From Pseudomonadota bacterium (lineage in GTDB: Bacteria > Myxococcota_A > Bradymonadia > UBA4248), in the NCBI GenBank assembly GCA_017421975.1, contig JAFOHE010000049.1:1-47999 (forward strand): a stretch of DNA of 47,999 nt, given 5' to 3'. Both the position numbers and the translations under genes were made by a program. This document shows positions 7,789-17,433 of this stretch, in pieces (position 1 is the first letter of the stretch; each line of letters begins with the position of its first letter). Under the pieces are notes generated by a model that did not search any database, was not told the DNA's origin, and saw only the letters and a list, made by a program, of their open reading frames with translations.

Positions 7789-10542
7789 ATGAAAAAATGG
7801 CATTGCGTTTTGGCTTTGGCACTTAGTATGACGGGTTGTCGTTGGGATAACGGATTGTATGAGACGTACGTGCATCCTGATCAAACGATATCCTTGTGTC
7901 CTGGTTCATGTGACACCAATGGAATTTCTCGTGATGCTTGTCTCAATGCGAGTGGTGAATGGGTAAATGGCGTATGTCGGCTCAAGGTAGATGAAACGGG
8001 GCAGTGTCGATCAAGTGAGCAGTTAGAACCTGCAAAATGTATTGTCGATGATCAGCTGATGTATGCGGAGAATGGTGACCCATTCACACGTGAAGCGTGT
8101 CTTGCTATGGAAGGGGCGGAATATGAAGCTGCCTATTGCCGTCCTGCGACACAGGCGCGTTGCATCGCGATAGAAGGGGCGCGTTGGGTCGGATACGATA
8201 TTCTTGACTTAGGCAAAGGACGTTACATTCGCAGGGTCAATCAACAATATGTCTGTGGGCATTACAATGCCATCGTCAATTATAATCCCGATGTTGTGGA
8301 TGCCTACCAAAACGACATTTTCCCATGTACGCCGGAAGAACGCGAAATTGCGACGCAAAGTATGAATAAGGGTATATGTCCGGTTCCGGCACGTTGTGGT
8401 AGTGCCATTAAACGTGAAAATAATGTTGATGGCGGCGAAAAATTGATTGTTGAGACAGCTATATGCAACATGTGTTCCGAAGGTATGGCATGGTGTAATG
8501 ATTCTGCGTCGGATGATACTGATGATTATAAATGCGTCGATCTCATGTCGAGAGTCGATCATTGTGGGGCATGTAATCACGTGTGCCCGTCGGGCACGTA
8601 TTGTGTCAATGGTACTTGTTCTGCTACCGATATGGATTGTGATACAGCCAATGGGGATTTGGCATGTTATTGCGTTCGTTTGCCCAACCACGCGTTAAGT
8701 TGTACTTCGGAACGTGGTGGCAATGCAGAATTCAAATGTGTGCGTCCCACAAGTTCGGAAGATTGTGGCATCACATCTTGCGAATACTATTCGGGAGAAA
8801 CTGTCTGTAAATTTGGACGCGAATGTCATGTGACTCAAAATGGAGATGAGACGCTTTATCGTTGTGCCTGTGTGGATGGTCAATACGACAATGGGGAACG
8901 TTGTGTTTCTAAATATGATCCCGAATATTGCGGAAGCCATTTGACGGATCCTGGCATATCCTGTGATGCAGAGACGCAATTATGTAACGGTTCGACGTGT
9001 ATATGTACCAACGCGATGCTTGATTGTAGCAGTCCGGCGGATGAAGGGATTCAATGTAAAAAAATTGTGGATGATCCCCAAAATTGCGGCAAATGTGGCA
9101 ACGACTGTAATGAAAAATATGTAGGAACACAATTTGATGTCGAAGAAACTTGTGAGAATTCGGTGTGCAAGTGCCCGATAAATACAGCGCGTTGTGGTTC
9201 CGATTTGTGTGAAGACACTTTGAGCGATAATCTTCATTGTGGTGCACAGAACAATTGTAATCATGTGAATCCGTATCATCCAGATTACAAGGGGGATACG
9301 TGCGCCAAAGAAGAAATCTGTTCGGATGGTCAATGCGTGTGTCATGTCGATGCCGGTTATGTCGTCTGCGGAAATGATTGTATTGATCCGAACACCGATT
9401 TAAACCATTGTGGTGTCAATGGCTCGTGTTCAGGAGGAGAGGATTGCTCGACATTGCCTGGTACAAAGTGCGATGGCGGTGACTGTTTATGTGCGGATAA
9501 TACAAAGACATTCATCCGTACCGATAAAGTGAGTGGGTGTTATAACATTGATTGGGATCCAGCTTGTTGTGGACCTGATTGCGAACAATGTCCGGATAAT
9601 TATATTTGTAACCACGGACGTTGTGCGATCGAAGAGTGTCCTATGGGAACTATTAATTGCAGAGGCTATTGCTTGAATCCACAAGACGAGCACGTTGAAT
9701 ATAGCGATTCAGCGAATAGAGTATGTGAATGTGCCAAGACGGAACAAAATGAAGTCTGGTGCGATAGTGATAACGATCCAAACAACGGGTGTCATGCAGC
9801 CAATGGTGATGATTATACGACGGGAAGTCTGGAGCATTGTGGATCATGTGGACATAAGTGTGACGAAGGTTACACCGTGTGCAAAGATAAGCAGTGTGCG
9901 TGCCGTGAGACTGAAGTTCTTTGTATGTATGACAGCGAACCGCGTTGCCTCGATTTTAATGAAAAACACCTGAAGGCATGCCAACGTGATGATATTGTTA
10001 CAGATTATTGTATGGATCATTGGGCAGACAGTGATGACGATCCTTCCAATGGGTGTGACATTGATCTTATGACGACGACGGAACATTGTGGTGCCAAGGG
10101 CAATAATTGTAACGAAATGGTTCATCATGCCTCTGGCATTGCCTGTGTCGATGGACAATGCGTTTATACAGTATGTATTGAAGATGAATCAGCTAACAGA
10201 TATGCATCTTGTGACAACGAAGATGAAACACACAATGGCTGTGAAACGAATATATCGACGAAAGAACATTGTGGTAGTTGTACAAACGCTTGTTCGCTCA
10301 AGAAGGGAAATGTTGGCTGTGCAACGGATCGTTGCTGTGGTATGGGTGAGTTCTCAAATGATGATAACAGCAAGTTTAGCGGTAACAGTTATGTCTGTTG
10401 TCCTGGATACACGCGTTATTATTATCAATATAACCGCGATGATCACTTGCTGTTTATCCATTGTAATAAACATTCCCATTATGGGTGCTTTAATGAGAAG
10501 GAAGCTCAGAACCTCGATTTTGAATGTTGGGCACAAGAATAG
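7789..10542 (+). CDS. Secreted Cys-rich repeat protein, probable lipoprotein (917 aa)
   Basis: ATG at 7789 is preceded by GGAGA. N-terminus MKKWHCVLALALSMTGC is a signal peptide ending in a lipobox-like Cys. Very high Cys content, with about eight motifs of the form (D/E/N)HCG-x-C-x3-C, e.g. DHCGACNHVCPSGTYCVNGTC and EHCGSCGHKCDEGYTVCKDKQC. Confidence 0.8.
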   Translation: MKKWHCVLALALSMTGCRWDNGLYETYVHPDQTISLCPGSCDTNGISRDACLNASGEWVNGVCRLKVDETGQCRSSEQLEPAKCIVDDQLMYAENGDPFTREACLAMEGAEYEAAYCRPATQARCIAIEGARWVGYDILDLGKGRYIRRVNQQYVCGHYNAIVNYNPDVVDAYQNDIFPCTPEEREIATQSMNKGICPVPARCGSAIKRENNVDGGEKLIVETAICNMCSEGMAWCNDSASDDTDDYKCVDLMSRVDHCGACNHVCPSGTYCVNGTCSATDMDCDTANGDLACYCVRLPNHALSCTSERGGNAEFKCVRPTSSEDCGITSCEYYSGETVCKFGRECHVTQNGDETLYRCACVDGQYDNGERCVSKYDPEYCGSHLTDPGISCDAETQLCNGSTCICTNAMLDCSSPADEGIQCKKIVDDPQNCGKCGNDCNEKYVGTQFDVEETCENSVCKCPINTARCGSDLCEDTLSDNLHCGAQNNCNHVNPYHPDYKGDTCAKEEICSDGQCVCHVDAGYVVCGNDCIDPNTDLNHCGVNGSCSGGEDCSTLPGTKCDGGDCLCADNTKTFIRTDKVSGCYNIDWDPACCGPDCEQCPDNYICNHGRCAIEECPMGTINCRGYCLNPQDEHVEYSDSANRVCECAKTEQNEVWCDSDNDPNNGCHAANGDDYTTGSLEHCGSCGHKCDEGYTVCKDKQCACRETEVLCMYDSEPRCLDFNEKHLKACQRDDIVTDYCMDHWADSDDDPSNGCDIDLMTTTEHCGAKGNNCNEMVHHASGIACVDGQCVYTVCIEDESANRYASCDNEDETHNGCETNISTKEHCGSCTNACSLKKGNVGCATDRCCGMGEFSNDDNSKFSGNSYVCCPGYTRYYYQYNRDDHLLFIHCNKHSHYGCFNEKEAQNLDFECWAQE

Positions 10543-10596
10543 AGGTAAGGCACAAGGTTCATCAAAAGACGATACTTTGTGCCTTGATATGGGATT

Positions 10597-10629
10597 GCAG
10601 AGAAAACAGAGTAGCCGCGTTTTCTCTGC
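10597..10629. terminator. Hairpin between convergent genes (possible bidirectional terminator)
   Basis: GCAGAGAAAAC / GTTTTCTCTGC 11-bp stem with 11-nt loop, followed by GTTTATT. Lies between stop 10542 (+) and stop 10650 (-). Confidence 0.5.
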
Positions 10630-10649
10630 GTTTATTCAGACAAAAAGAT

Positions 10650-13600
10650 TTATTTGATAGTTTCTGCAAATTTTTTTTGGACTGTGAAGCAGAAGTCATC
10701 AAGGACAGAATCTGGGATAGGATCTCCATTAAAAGAAAGGCAGAGGGAGGGCAAACCTTCGTTTTCTGCGATGTGATAAAATTGAGATTCTGCAATTTTA
10801 CTGGGCATACATTCGAGGGGGCCGACGCTGACAACGCCTTGGATTTCTTTTTGTTTATAGGCTGTGAGCGGTGTGCCTACGGTTAGTATTTCTTCACCCA
10901 CGATTTCCGGGCGTAAGTACGGTTGAGCGACAGCAAGAATGTGATGAACATCGTGGCGTCGATGCCATTGAAGGGTATCAGCCATAGGCTGATAAAATGC
11001 GCGGAACATATAACGCGTGAGTACAGACGTAATTTTTTCGGTCATGGAATTGGCTGTTTTAAGAATCTCATGATTAATAATGTCAGCGTATTCGATCCAC
11101 TCAATAAAGTGTGAGAATAAAACGCGAATACCGCGAGATTCGAGCGCATGAATGACAAAATCATTGGTAAAAGGTTCATTGCGCACGAAAATTTCGCCTG
11201 TTACGCACACCGTTGGTATTTTTTTATCCGTCTTAATTGCGGCATATTCACGTGCGCAATCTTGTACGATTTCAGGTAGTCCAAAGAAATGTTTGGTAAG
11301 GATTTCTTTTGCGACAGCAAGTTGCCACAGAGGTTTGTATTGATAATTTTTGAGAATACCTAAAATTCGATTGAGATATTTTTGATAAATTTTGTTGGCA
11401 GCACCTGGTTCTGATTCAACAGGGCGGACGTGATAAAGGCCTGCCATGAGCGTATCACAAGCTATAAATGACATATAGATGGCGACAAAGAGATCAACCG
11501 GAACACCTTCACTGTAGTCCGTATCTGTCATTGACCAGACGCTGATGCGATCAGACAGACCTAGGCGTTGGAGAACCATTTTATCGAGGAGATTGTAACA
11601 TCCTAATCGGCATGGGCCGTTGGAACGCGGCATAAAAAAGACGATTTTTTCATTGGGATGATCTTCTGCATATTCGAGTAATGCGCCTAATGTGATCAAT
11701 GCTGGAAGACACTCTTTTCCAGAAGTGTGGCGACGACCGAGAAGAAGCGTCCGTCGCGTGGCAATGGGCAGTGCAATACAGTTGATGCCGATGGAAGCGA
11801 AACCAGCTGCCAGAATCTGACTGTTGTCTCCCAAGTACGGTATGAGAATGGTTGCGCCTCTTTTATTGGCTTCCATAAGCGGAATATTTTCATTTTCCAA
11901 AACATGAAGATTTTGAGGTTGGCGTATGGGAGCGCCCATCTCGAATTCATGGACACAATGCAGGAATGCTTCAATTCTCGTTTTGGTGCCAGCATCGCCA
12001 GAATGACCGTCGGTTTCGATGATGGCATAAGGTTTGCCATACATGATAAATTGATAAAAATGTAAATTGAAGCTGTCCGGTCCACAAGCGTAGTTGGAAC
12101 ACCATACGGAATAAATACCATCCGTTTTGCGAACTTGCGTTGCAGCACGTAAATTGATCTGTCCGTAGCTCCAATAGGTATTGGTATAAAGCGGTTCATC
12201 GTTATCGACAGGATAACAGTCAACTGGAATAGCCATGGCTCCTTGAGTGCGTAGAAGCGCTGGAACATTGCTGTTTAGAGCCGTATTATGAATGGTATAA
12301 TTGCGCCCAAGTACGACGATCGTAGGAATGTGGTTTGCTTTGGCAAAGCTTATGGCCATACGCCCCATCGTTTTCAGATCGTCTTCAAAGCGCAAGAATT
12401 CTATGGATGCAACATCAAACGCTTCTTCAAAATTATCAGCGTGGAGTGATTCAGCCAGTTTTTTACAGGAGTGGATAAATGCGGCGCTTCTGACATTCCC
12501 CGGCCCGAGGTCAATAACAGGTGAAAGAATACGCGCTGGATCCATGGCGAGGTCGTGTCTGAAAAGGTCTGCACTGGATTGAACAACAGGGCAGATGGCG
12601 GCGTATTCTTCATTTTTTGTAAATTTCCCCGAACGCATCATAGGCAAGAAAACGAAATCTGCATGAGAGGCATTCATTCTGCTTGCAATGCCATGAAAAT
12701 GCTGCATGGGAGCGCAGAACTGCACATTGCTCTCATCAAGGCCACGTTTAAGGTCTTGGAGACCTTCAGAGGTGAAGACGAGGAGATCGAATCCCATTTT
12801 ATAGAGAAACCAAGCGAAGAAAACGAAAAATGTTTTATTTTGGAATTCTTCAGAAATGGCGATGGTTTTGCGACCGCCGCGTGGTTTGAGCGTGTCGATA
12901 ACTTCCTGAACACGTTCGGCTCTTGCACGGAACGGGTCTGGCGCAAGATCAGGCAATTTTTTGACAGTCGTGCCACGATCCCAAAGCGAACAGGCGCCCC
13001 CCCATGTAAAATGGAGATCCTTATTATGAATACGAACGGTGATTTTTTCGATTTTACAATGGTTTCCAGTGCCACCGCAGCCTTTGTTGGAGCTACATTG
13101 AAACGTCTTTCGTTCCAGAAGTTGTGCTTTTAGAAATGCTGTTGGATCCAGTACCGCGTGGTTTGGCATGGTATGGTATTTTTGTGCAAGCCGTGCGATG
13201 CCGAAGGCGCCAATTGTACCCGGATTGGGAGGAACGACGACTTCTGCGTGTGTTTGTCGAACCACGGCACATGCGAGCGCATCACTGGCAAATGGCATGC
13301 CTTGACAGAAAACGACGTTTCCTACACTTCGATTACCTTTTACGCGATAGAAATAATTGAGCACGACAGAATCGTAGATACCCGCAAGAATGGCTGAGGT
13401 TTCGATGCCTGATGCGACAGCATCTTCAATGACTTGCGTCATAAATACGGAACAATGTTGTCCAAGACTGACGCCAGATGGCGCATGAAGCGCGATGTCG
13501 GCGAGTTGTGTGAGCGATTCGATGTCCTTAAACTTTTTCCCCTGTTCTTCGATAAATGACCCCGTGCCAGCAGAACAGGCTTCATTCATGGCACAATCGA

Positions 13601-14897
13601 CGATTTTTGCATCGCTTAGGCGAATGTACTTTGCATCCTGACCACCGATTTCGAAGATGGTATCGACGCGTGGGTCGATGGTGCGTGCACCTTCGGCGTG
13701 CGCAGCGATTTCATTCATCACATAGACAGTGTCTTGACCATAACATGTGGAGAGCATGGAGCCCACAATTTCGCGTCCAGAACCGGTGACGCCAAAGCCG
13801 ATGATTTGCGCATTGGACAGATGATGATCGACGAAATCCTGAAGCAACGTTTTGGCTGCAACCACAGGGTTTCCGTTCGTCCGAATGTAGCCTTCCCAGA
13901 CGACATCTTCGAGACCGCCATTGAGCGTGAGGGCGACGGCTTTTGAACCAGTGGAACCAATATCAAATCCCACAAATACAGGCGTTGGGGCATTGAGCGT
14001 TCGTAGGGGGACTGCGGGAAGACGTTTGACCTTCGATAGAAAATCGGATAGCGGTGAAATGCGGTCAAACTGCGTGATCTTCGACGTGATTAGAAGATTT
14101 TTGCCAGCTTCCGGCACTGGTGAAGCCACCATTTCGGCTGCCAGACAGGCACAACCTAGGGCTTCCAAATAAAACTGAATCACCTCGGTTGTCTCCATAA
14201 ACTGTAGGTTATGGGTTTGGCAGAAAGCTTGGAAATGTTTGCGAATTCTTGCAGAACGGGTGACACCGCCAGAGAGAACGACTTTTTTGGGACAAATGGT
14301 CGTTTTGATGAGTGCTTCGACATTTTGGCAAATAGCATCATAGACGCCAGCGAGTATTTTGGCCTGAGATTCTCCGCGATTGGCGAGATGGGTCATATCT
14401 GTTTTGAGGATAACGGGACAGCGGCCAGAGAGTGCGCAAGCATCTTGGACATTCTCACATTCGATATCGGCCGTGGGGAGGTCTTTATTGAATCGTTCCA
14501 CGAGTTGACGCAAAAAATTGCCTGTTCCCTGCGAACAACGGGCATTTTCGCGAAAAATATCGGCGCCGTTACCGCGTCTTTCGAGAACGCTAAAACCATT
14601 GCATCCAATGGTTACGAATGTAAGTTGTTGATCGCCGAAAGCGTGTTCCAAACCACGTGTTTGCACGGCGCGTTTAGGATAATGTTTGATTTCGAGGTGA
14701 TTGGCAAAGCGGCCACATACAGCACACCCCTCTATCTGTTTGCTACGCAAAATCTCAAATACTTGCTCTAAACAATCGGCAATACATTTGTGATGTTCGA
14801 ATGAACGATATTCAATAATGTTGAGTTTTGGTGATTGAATAATGACATATTTTATGGTTTCAGCGCCGACGTCAATGCCAGCATAAAGTTTATTCAT
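10650..14897 (-). CDS. Fusion protein: two BcrAD/BadFG (HgdC-like activase) ATPase domains plus a 2-hydroxyacyl-CoA dehydratase-like / DUF2229-like C-terminal region (1415 aa)
   Basis: Start taken at MNKLYAGIDVGAETIKYVI (ATG 14897). A second acetate/sugar-kinase-fold phosphate-1 motif, VFVGFDIGSTGSKAVAL, occurs near aa 340, with EIGGQDAKYI and CSAGTGSF motifs after it. The following ~800 aa are Cys-containing (e.g. NYACGPDSF, NGPCRLGCYN), typical of the large CoA-substrate-specific enzyme activase family proteins. Confidence 0.85.
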   Translation of the reverse strand: MNKLYAGIDVGAETIKYVIIQSPKLNIIEYRSFEHHKCIADCLEQVFEILRSKQIEGCAVCGRFANHLEIKHYPKRAVQTRGLEHAFGDQQLTFVTIGCNGFSVLERRGNGADIFRENARCSQGTGNFLRQLVERFNKDLPTADIECENVQDACALSGRCPVILKTDMTHLANRGESQAKILAGVYDAICQNVEALIKTTICPKKVVLSGGVTRSARIRKHFQAFCQTHNLQFMETTEVIQFYLEALGCACLAAEMVASPVPEAGKNLLITSKITQFDRISPLSDFLSKVKRLPAVPLRTLNAPTPVFVGFDIGSTGSKAVALTLNGGLEDVVWEGYIRTNGNPVVAAKTLLQDFVDHHLSNAQIIGFGVTGSGREIVGSMLSTCYGQDTVYVMNEIAAHAEGARTIDPRVDTIFEIGGQDAKYIRLSDAKIVDCAMNEACSAGTGSFIEEQGKKFKDIESLTQLADIALHAPSGVSLGQHCSVFMTQVIEDAVASGIETSAILAGIYDSVVLNYFYRVKGNRSVGNVVFCQGMPFASDALACAVVRQTHAEVVVPPNPGTIGAFGIARLAQKYHTMPNHAVLDPTAFLKAQLLERKTFQCSSNKGCGGTGNHCKIEKITVRIHNKDLHFTWGGACSLWDRGTTVKKLPDLAPDPFRARAERVQEVIDTLKPRGGRKTIAISEEFQNKTFFVFFAWFLYKMGFDLLVFTSEGLQDLKRGLDESNVQFCAPMQHFHGIASRMNASHADFVFLPMMRSGKFTKNEEYAAICPVVQSSADLFRHDLAMDPARILSPVIDLGPGNVRSAAFIHSCKKLAESLHADNFEEAFDVASIEFLRFEDDLKTMGRMAISFAKANHIPTIVVLGRNYTIHNTALNSNVPALLRTQGAMAIPVDCYPVDNDEPLYTNTYWSYGQINLRAATQVRKTDGIYSVWCSNYACGPDSFNLHFYQFIMYGKPYAIIETDGHSGDAGTKTRIEAFLHCVHEFEMGAPIRQPQNLHVLENENIPLMEANKRGATILIPYLGDNSQILAAGFASIGINCIALPIATRRTLLLGRRHTSGKECLPALITLGALLEYAEDHPNEKIVFFMPRSNGPCRLGCYNLLDKMVLQRLGLSDRISVWSMTDTDYSEGVPVDLFVAIYMSFIACDTLMAGLYHVRPVESEPGAANKIYQKYLNRILGILKNYQYKPLWQLAVAKEILTKHFFGLPEIVQDCAREYAAIKTDKKIPTVCVTGEIFVRNEPFTNDFVIHALESRGIRVLFSHFIEWIEYADIINHEILKTANSMTEKITSVLTRYMFRAFYQPMADTLQWHRRHDVHHILAVAQPYLRPEIVGEEILTVGTPLTAYKQKEIQGVVSVGPLECMPSKIAESQFYHIAENEGLPSLCLSFNGDPIPDSVLDDFCFTVQKKFAETIK

Positions 14898-15078
14898 CGA
14901 ATGCCTCAATATATGAAATGAAAAAAGGCGCTTGGCGCCTGGAATTGGTGTCATGACATGGGAGCGCCATGACGATGCATGAAGCGACAACCTCAATGGA
15001 TATGCGTATTATTCCCAGGCTAAAGCATCACGCATTTTCATGTATCTGAGAAGACGTGAAAACTGAGGAATAAAGTCA

Positions 15079-17397
15079 TCAATTTTGGGGACGTATCATG
15101 TCGAAATACTTTTCTATATAATGTCGATAACCTTGTGGAACGCTATCATTTTCGAGGATCTCTTCGGCGGCGTGTTCGTACGTTTGATACACTTCCCGAT
15201 AAGCTTCTGTAGCAAACCCAGTTTGCCCTGAAGATTGAATGATTTCACTTGTCGTTGGCGCATTGGATGCCTGACCTTGCAATTTTTCATCGACCGTTTT
15301 GATGTCCATTTGTGTTTTTTCGCCTTCCGATTCGCTGTGCCCACCCTGTTGGTTGCTGTCTTGGCCAATGCCGTCTTTTTGCCCTTGTTGGGAACCTTGT
15401 TCCATGCCGGGATTTTGCTGACCGGATGATTGCTGTCCCATTTGTCCCTGTTGCTGAGCAGAGGGCTTATCTTCTCCCTGCTTCATTTCGTTTTGTTCTG
15501 AAGAAGGCTGTTCCTGACTGCCTTGTTGTGCTTGAGTTTGCGCTTGATCGGTGGCGTTGTTTTCCGAGTTTTGTTGCTGCGCGTTTTGTTGCTGCGCGTT
15601 TTGTTGCTGCGCGTTTTGTTGGTTTTCCTGATTCTGTTTTTCGGCTTCGTCTTTTTGTTTTTTCGATTTAGAGCCTTCATTTCCTTTGGCTCTTTCGAGG
15701 AAATCTTCCATGTTTTCGGCTCGTTCCTGTTTGTCAGCCTGAGTTTGTTCGTCTCCAGAGGCATTATTTTGTGCGGCATCCTGCTTCATTTTGTTAGCAA
15801 GATCCTGCAGTTTGTCGCGTTTTGCCTGGTTTTCCCGATTTTGGGCTTCCTTCTGGAGAGCATCATCGGCTCCTTGTTGTTGGTTACCCATTTGGGCGTT
15901 CTTTTGTGCAGGATCACCTTCAGAGGAAGGCTTTTCGATACCCTCTTGTGATTGTTGCTCACCTTGCGAGGCATTTTCTGGATTGGGATTCTTAGAATCG
16001 TCAGAAGGTGTAGATGGCGTTTCGTTTTGCGCTTTGTTTTTGAGATCTTGCGCTGTTTTATCAAATGCCTTTTGAAGCTGTTGCGTCGATTTTGAAGCAG
16101 GATCCTGGTTTTGTTCCTGCTGCTTTTGGGCATCATCGAGACGTTTTTTGGCATCTTTGAAAGCCTTTTTCTCTTCGTCGGTGAGTTTGCCATTTTGTGC
16201 GAGTTGTTTTTCGAGCTGATTGACGAGGTCTTGGTTTTTCTGAAGCGCTTCGCGGAGTTCAGGATCTGTCATATCGAGTTTATTGGCGAGATCGCCGAAC
16301 ATTTTCGCAAGTTTCTCGAGTTTCTTTTTATCTTTGGGATCGGTGGAATTGAGGAGATCTTTTAGAATTTGTGCGGCTTCGTCGTATTTTTTTTCTTCGA
16401 GGGCATCGGCGAGTTGTTTTGTCTCGGGATCCTCTTTCATCTGTGTGAGTTCTTCGAGGGCCTGAGCGAGTGTTTGATCGAGATGTTCCTGTTGTTCCTG
16501 GGGGGCAGGATCCGATTGCGCAAGTTTGTTTTGAAGAGCATCAAGGCGTTTCTTAAATTCATCCGCAGAAAGTTCACCATTCTTATCTTCTTCAAGAATT
16601 TTATTTAATTCATCGGCGGCTTTTTTGAGTTCTTCGTCATCGGAAGTCTTGGCGAGTTCCATGAGTTCCTGTACTTGTTCTTCACGCAGTGTACGCGTTG
16701 CGTCATCGATGTTTTTGTCAAACGCCGGTTTGTTCTCATCCACGTCATGATTATTCTGTTCTTTTAATACGTCCGTCCAATCACAAGCATCGTCATTGGG
16801 ATTCGGTAATAAATAATTATGAATATTTGCATTCGTAAAATACATTGTGAATGGCAGGATCGACACCACGGCTGCAATACCAGCCCATTTGAGGTATTGA
16901 GGACGTTGGATTGCGAACGTTTTTTTACACATTTCTGAACGTGTATCATCACGCTCGATCAATTTCTCCGTCGATGCGATGTGTGCGTTCATCCATGGTG
17001 TCGTCTTATCTTCACGTAGAAACGCAAGTGCCGAAGAGAGCGCTTCTTTGAGGTCATTGGCAATATCGATGGCTTTGGCAAATTCGATAGCGTCGAGGTT
17101 CCAAGGGCAAGTGATAAAGGCGCCAAGAACCCATGGAAGTGCGAGGAGAAACCATAAACATTGAATTGGTTCTTTTATGAGATTCCAGGTGCATTGATAA
17201 ACGGGGTCGATACATTCACAAAGTTGATCTTCCAATTCCGGGACGAGGGAGAGATGGGAGAAAACGAGGATAATGGCGATGGCGAAAGTCAAGGCGAGCA
17301 TGACGCCGCTCCAGCGCACGAAACGCTGTAGCCACAGGCGGCGGCGAACATGACGGGTCATCGATTTGATCTGCTTTTTGAGTGTATCTTTCGACAT
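15079..17397 (-). CDS. Membrane protein with long E/K/Q-rich coiled-coil or low-complexity region, DUF4175-like (772 aa)
   Basis: N-terminal TM segments (WSGVMLALTFAIAIILVF, CLWFLLALPWVLGAFI, WAGIAAVVSILPF). About 450 aa of charged or Q-rich sequence. Conserved-looking C-terminus VPQGYRHYIEKYFDMIRP. Directly downstream of the vWA/GATase-like gene, as in Bat/MoxR clusters. The DUF4175 assignment is from memory of the family architecture, not a search. Confidence 0.7.
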   Translation of the reverse strand: MSKDTLKKQIKSMTRHVRRRLWLQRFVRWSGVMLALTFAIAIILVFSHLSLVPELEDQLCECIDPVYQCTWNLIKEPIQCLWFLLALPWVLGAFITCPWNLDAIEFAKAIDIANDLKEALSSALAFLREDKTTPWMNAHIASTEKLIERDDTRSEMCKKTFAIQRPQYLKWAGIAAVVSILPFTMYFTNANIHNYLLPNPNDDACDWTDVLKEQNNHDVDENKPAFDKNIDDATRTLREEQVQELMELAKTSDDEELKKAADELNKILEEDKNGELSADEFKKRLDALQNKLAQSDPAPQEQQEHLDQTLAQALEELTQMKEDPETKQLADALEEKKYDEAAQILKDLLNSTDPKDKKKLEKLAKMFGDLANKLDMTDPELREALQKNQDLVNQLEKQLAQNGKLTDEEKKAFKDAKKRLDDAQKQQEQNQDPASKSTQQLQKAFDKTAQDLKNKAQNETPSTPSDDSKNPNPENASQGEQQSQEGIEKPSSEGDPAQKNAQMGNQQQGADDALQKEAQNRENQAKRDKLQDLANKMKQDAAQNNASGDEQTQADKQERAENMEDFLERAKGNEGSKSKKQKDEAEKQNQENQQNAQQQNAQQQNAQQQNSENNATDQAQTQAQQGSQEQPSSEQNEMKQGEDKPSAQQQGQMGQQSSGQQNPGMEQGSQQGQKDGIGQDSNQQGGHSESEGEKTQMDIKTVDEKLQGQASNAPTTSEIIQSSGQTGFATEAYREVYQTYEHAAEEILENDSVPQGYRHYIEKYFDMIRPQN
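15568..15622 (-). repeat. 15-bp in-frame tandem repeat (3.6 copies) inside the CDS, encoding (QQNAQ)n
   Basis: GTTTTGTTGCTGCGC occurs 3 times (15568-15612) plus a partial copy. The protein reads QQNAQQQNAQQQNAQQQN. Confidence 0.9.
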
Positions 17398-17433
17398 GGT
17401 TTTTCAAGTCTCTATGGGCAAGTCTGTGAAATA

